Under the pieces are notes generated by a model, which saw only the letters and a program-made list of their open reading frames with translations, was not told where the DNA came from and did no database searches. A DNA stretch of 64,000 bases from Carcharhinus amblyrhynchos (taxonomy: Eukaryota). Position 1 is the first letter of the stretch; each line of letters starts with the position of its first letter. The position numbers and the translations under genes were made by a program. This document shows positions 63,291 to 64,000 of the stretch, in pieces. Where the stretch lies: NCBI GenBank assembly GCA_965287045.1, contig OZ336874.1, forward strand, positions 88,660,001 through 88,724,000, read 5' to 3'.

Positions 63291-64000
63291 CTTCAATCCT
63301 CAATCTTGAGATGAACTAGCTATTTAATTTACCGCTATCCATGAAACCTGTGTGAAAATTGGTTGCTACAGATGCCAAACACAAGTGCCCAAACTTTTGA
63401 AGGTATGTATGTATATATAAAATATATGTATATAAATGGAAGGTGTTATATGCCACTCTACACAATGAAAAGCGTTCTCACTGTGAAAAGGAGAAATTAT
63501 ATTCATAAGGGCTGTAGAATGGTTACTTTGAGCAATGTTTTTGTGGGCAGAAGCATTTGTAGTATGTATGTCAATAAGAACAATGTCTTGTATGTCCTTC
63601 TTTTGATTGTTTTACTATCTGGCACTTTGTTCAATGTGGCAGCTATGTCCTTCAAGCGTCTGCAAACTTATAGTATTGAAGAATCAATGTTGCTTAGTTT
63701 GTCATCTTACATGTAGAGTGCATTCCCACTCCATCCCCTCTCAGTTTTTACTCCAGTTGATGTTCATCAGTGAGAAGTTTGGATCCACAAATTGAGAGGA
63801 GACAGTGGTTATCACTTCAAGGTTTCCTTGGTCTCCTTTCATCCCAGGCTATTACATTCCACAAGGTTTTAAGTCAGTGATGATTACTTCCACAATCACT
63901 CCTAACTAACCATATACTATGGTGCATTCACTTCTAATGAGTTAATCCTGCCAATAGGATAGTACATACCTATGGATAGTTATTGAAGAGTCTGAGCGGC

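Overview
Eukaryotic, repeat-rich, non-coding (intronic or intergenic) DNA, almost certainly from a cartilaginous fish (shark or ray). The basis is its repeat content: HE1-type V-SINEs with HER1/CR1 partner LINEs, Deu-domain SINEs, Rex1/Babar, L2 and RTE LINEs, degenerate Gypsy and Harbinger remnants, Penelope-derived ends with minimal hammerhead motifs, short palindromic MITEs and two minisatellites. All family names come from my recognition of motifs, not from a database search, and boundaries are approximate. I recognised no host protein-coding exon; every long ORF is retroelement RT or tandem-repeat noise. The main unexplained signal is repeated copying of local DNA. Two Rex1/Babar LINE copies each carry a roughly 350-bp internal insert templated from host DNA just beyond their own 3' tail: 7866-8222 from 9290-9323 and 9968-10278, and 44968-45324 from 44211-44564. 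A third event is a 286-bp, roughly 98%-identical inverted duplication of non-repeat DNA at 25118-27359. Also notable are a hammerhead core with the compensatory U3-A8 pair, a V-SINE with two alternative LINE-derived tails, and a four-layer nested insertion.
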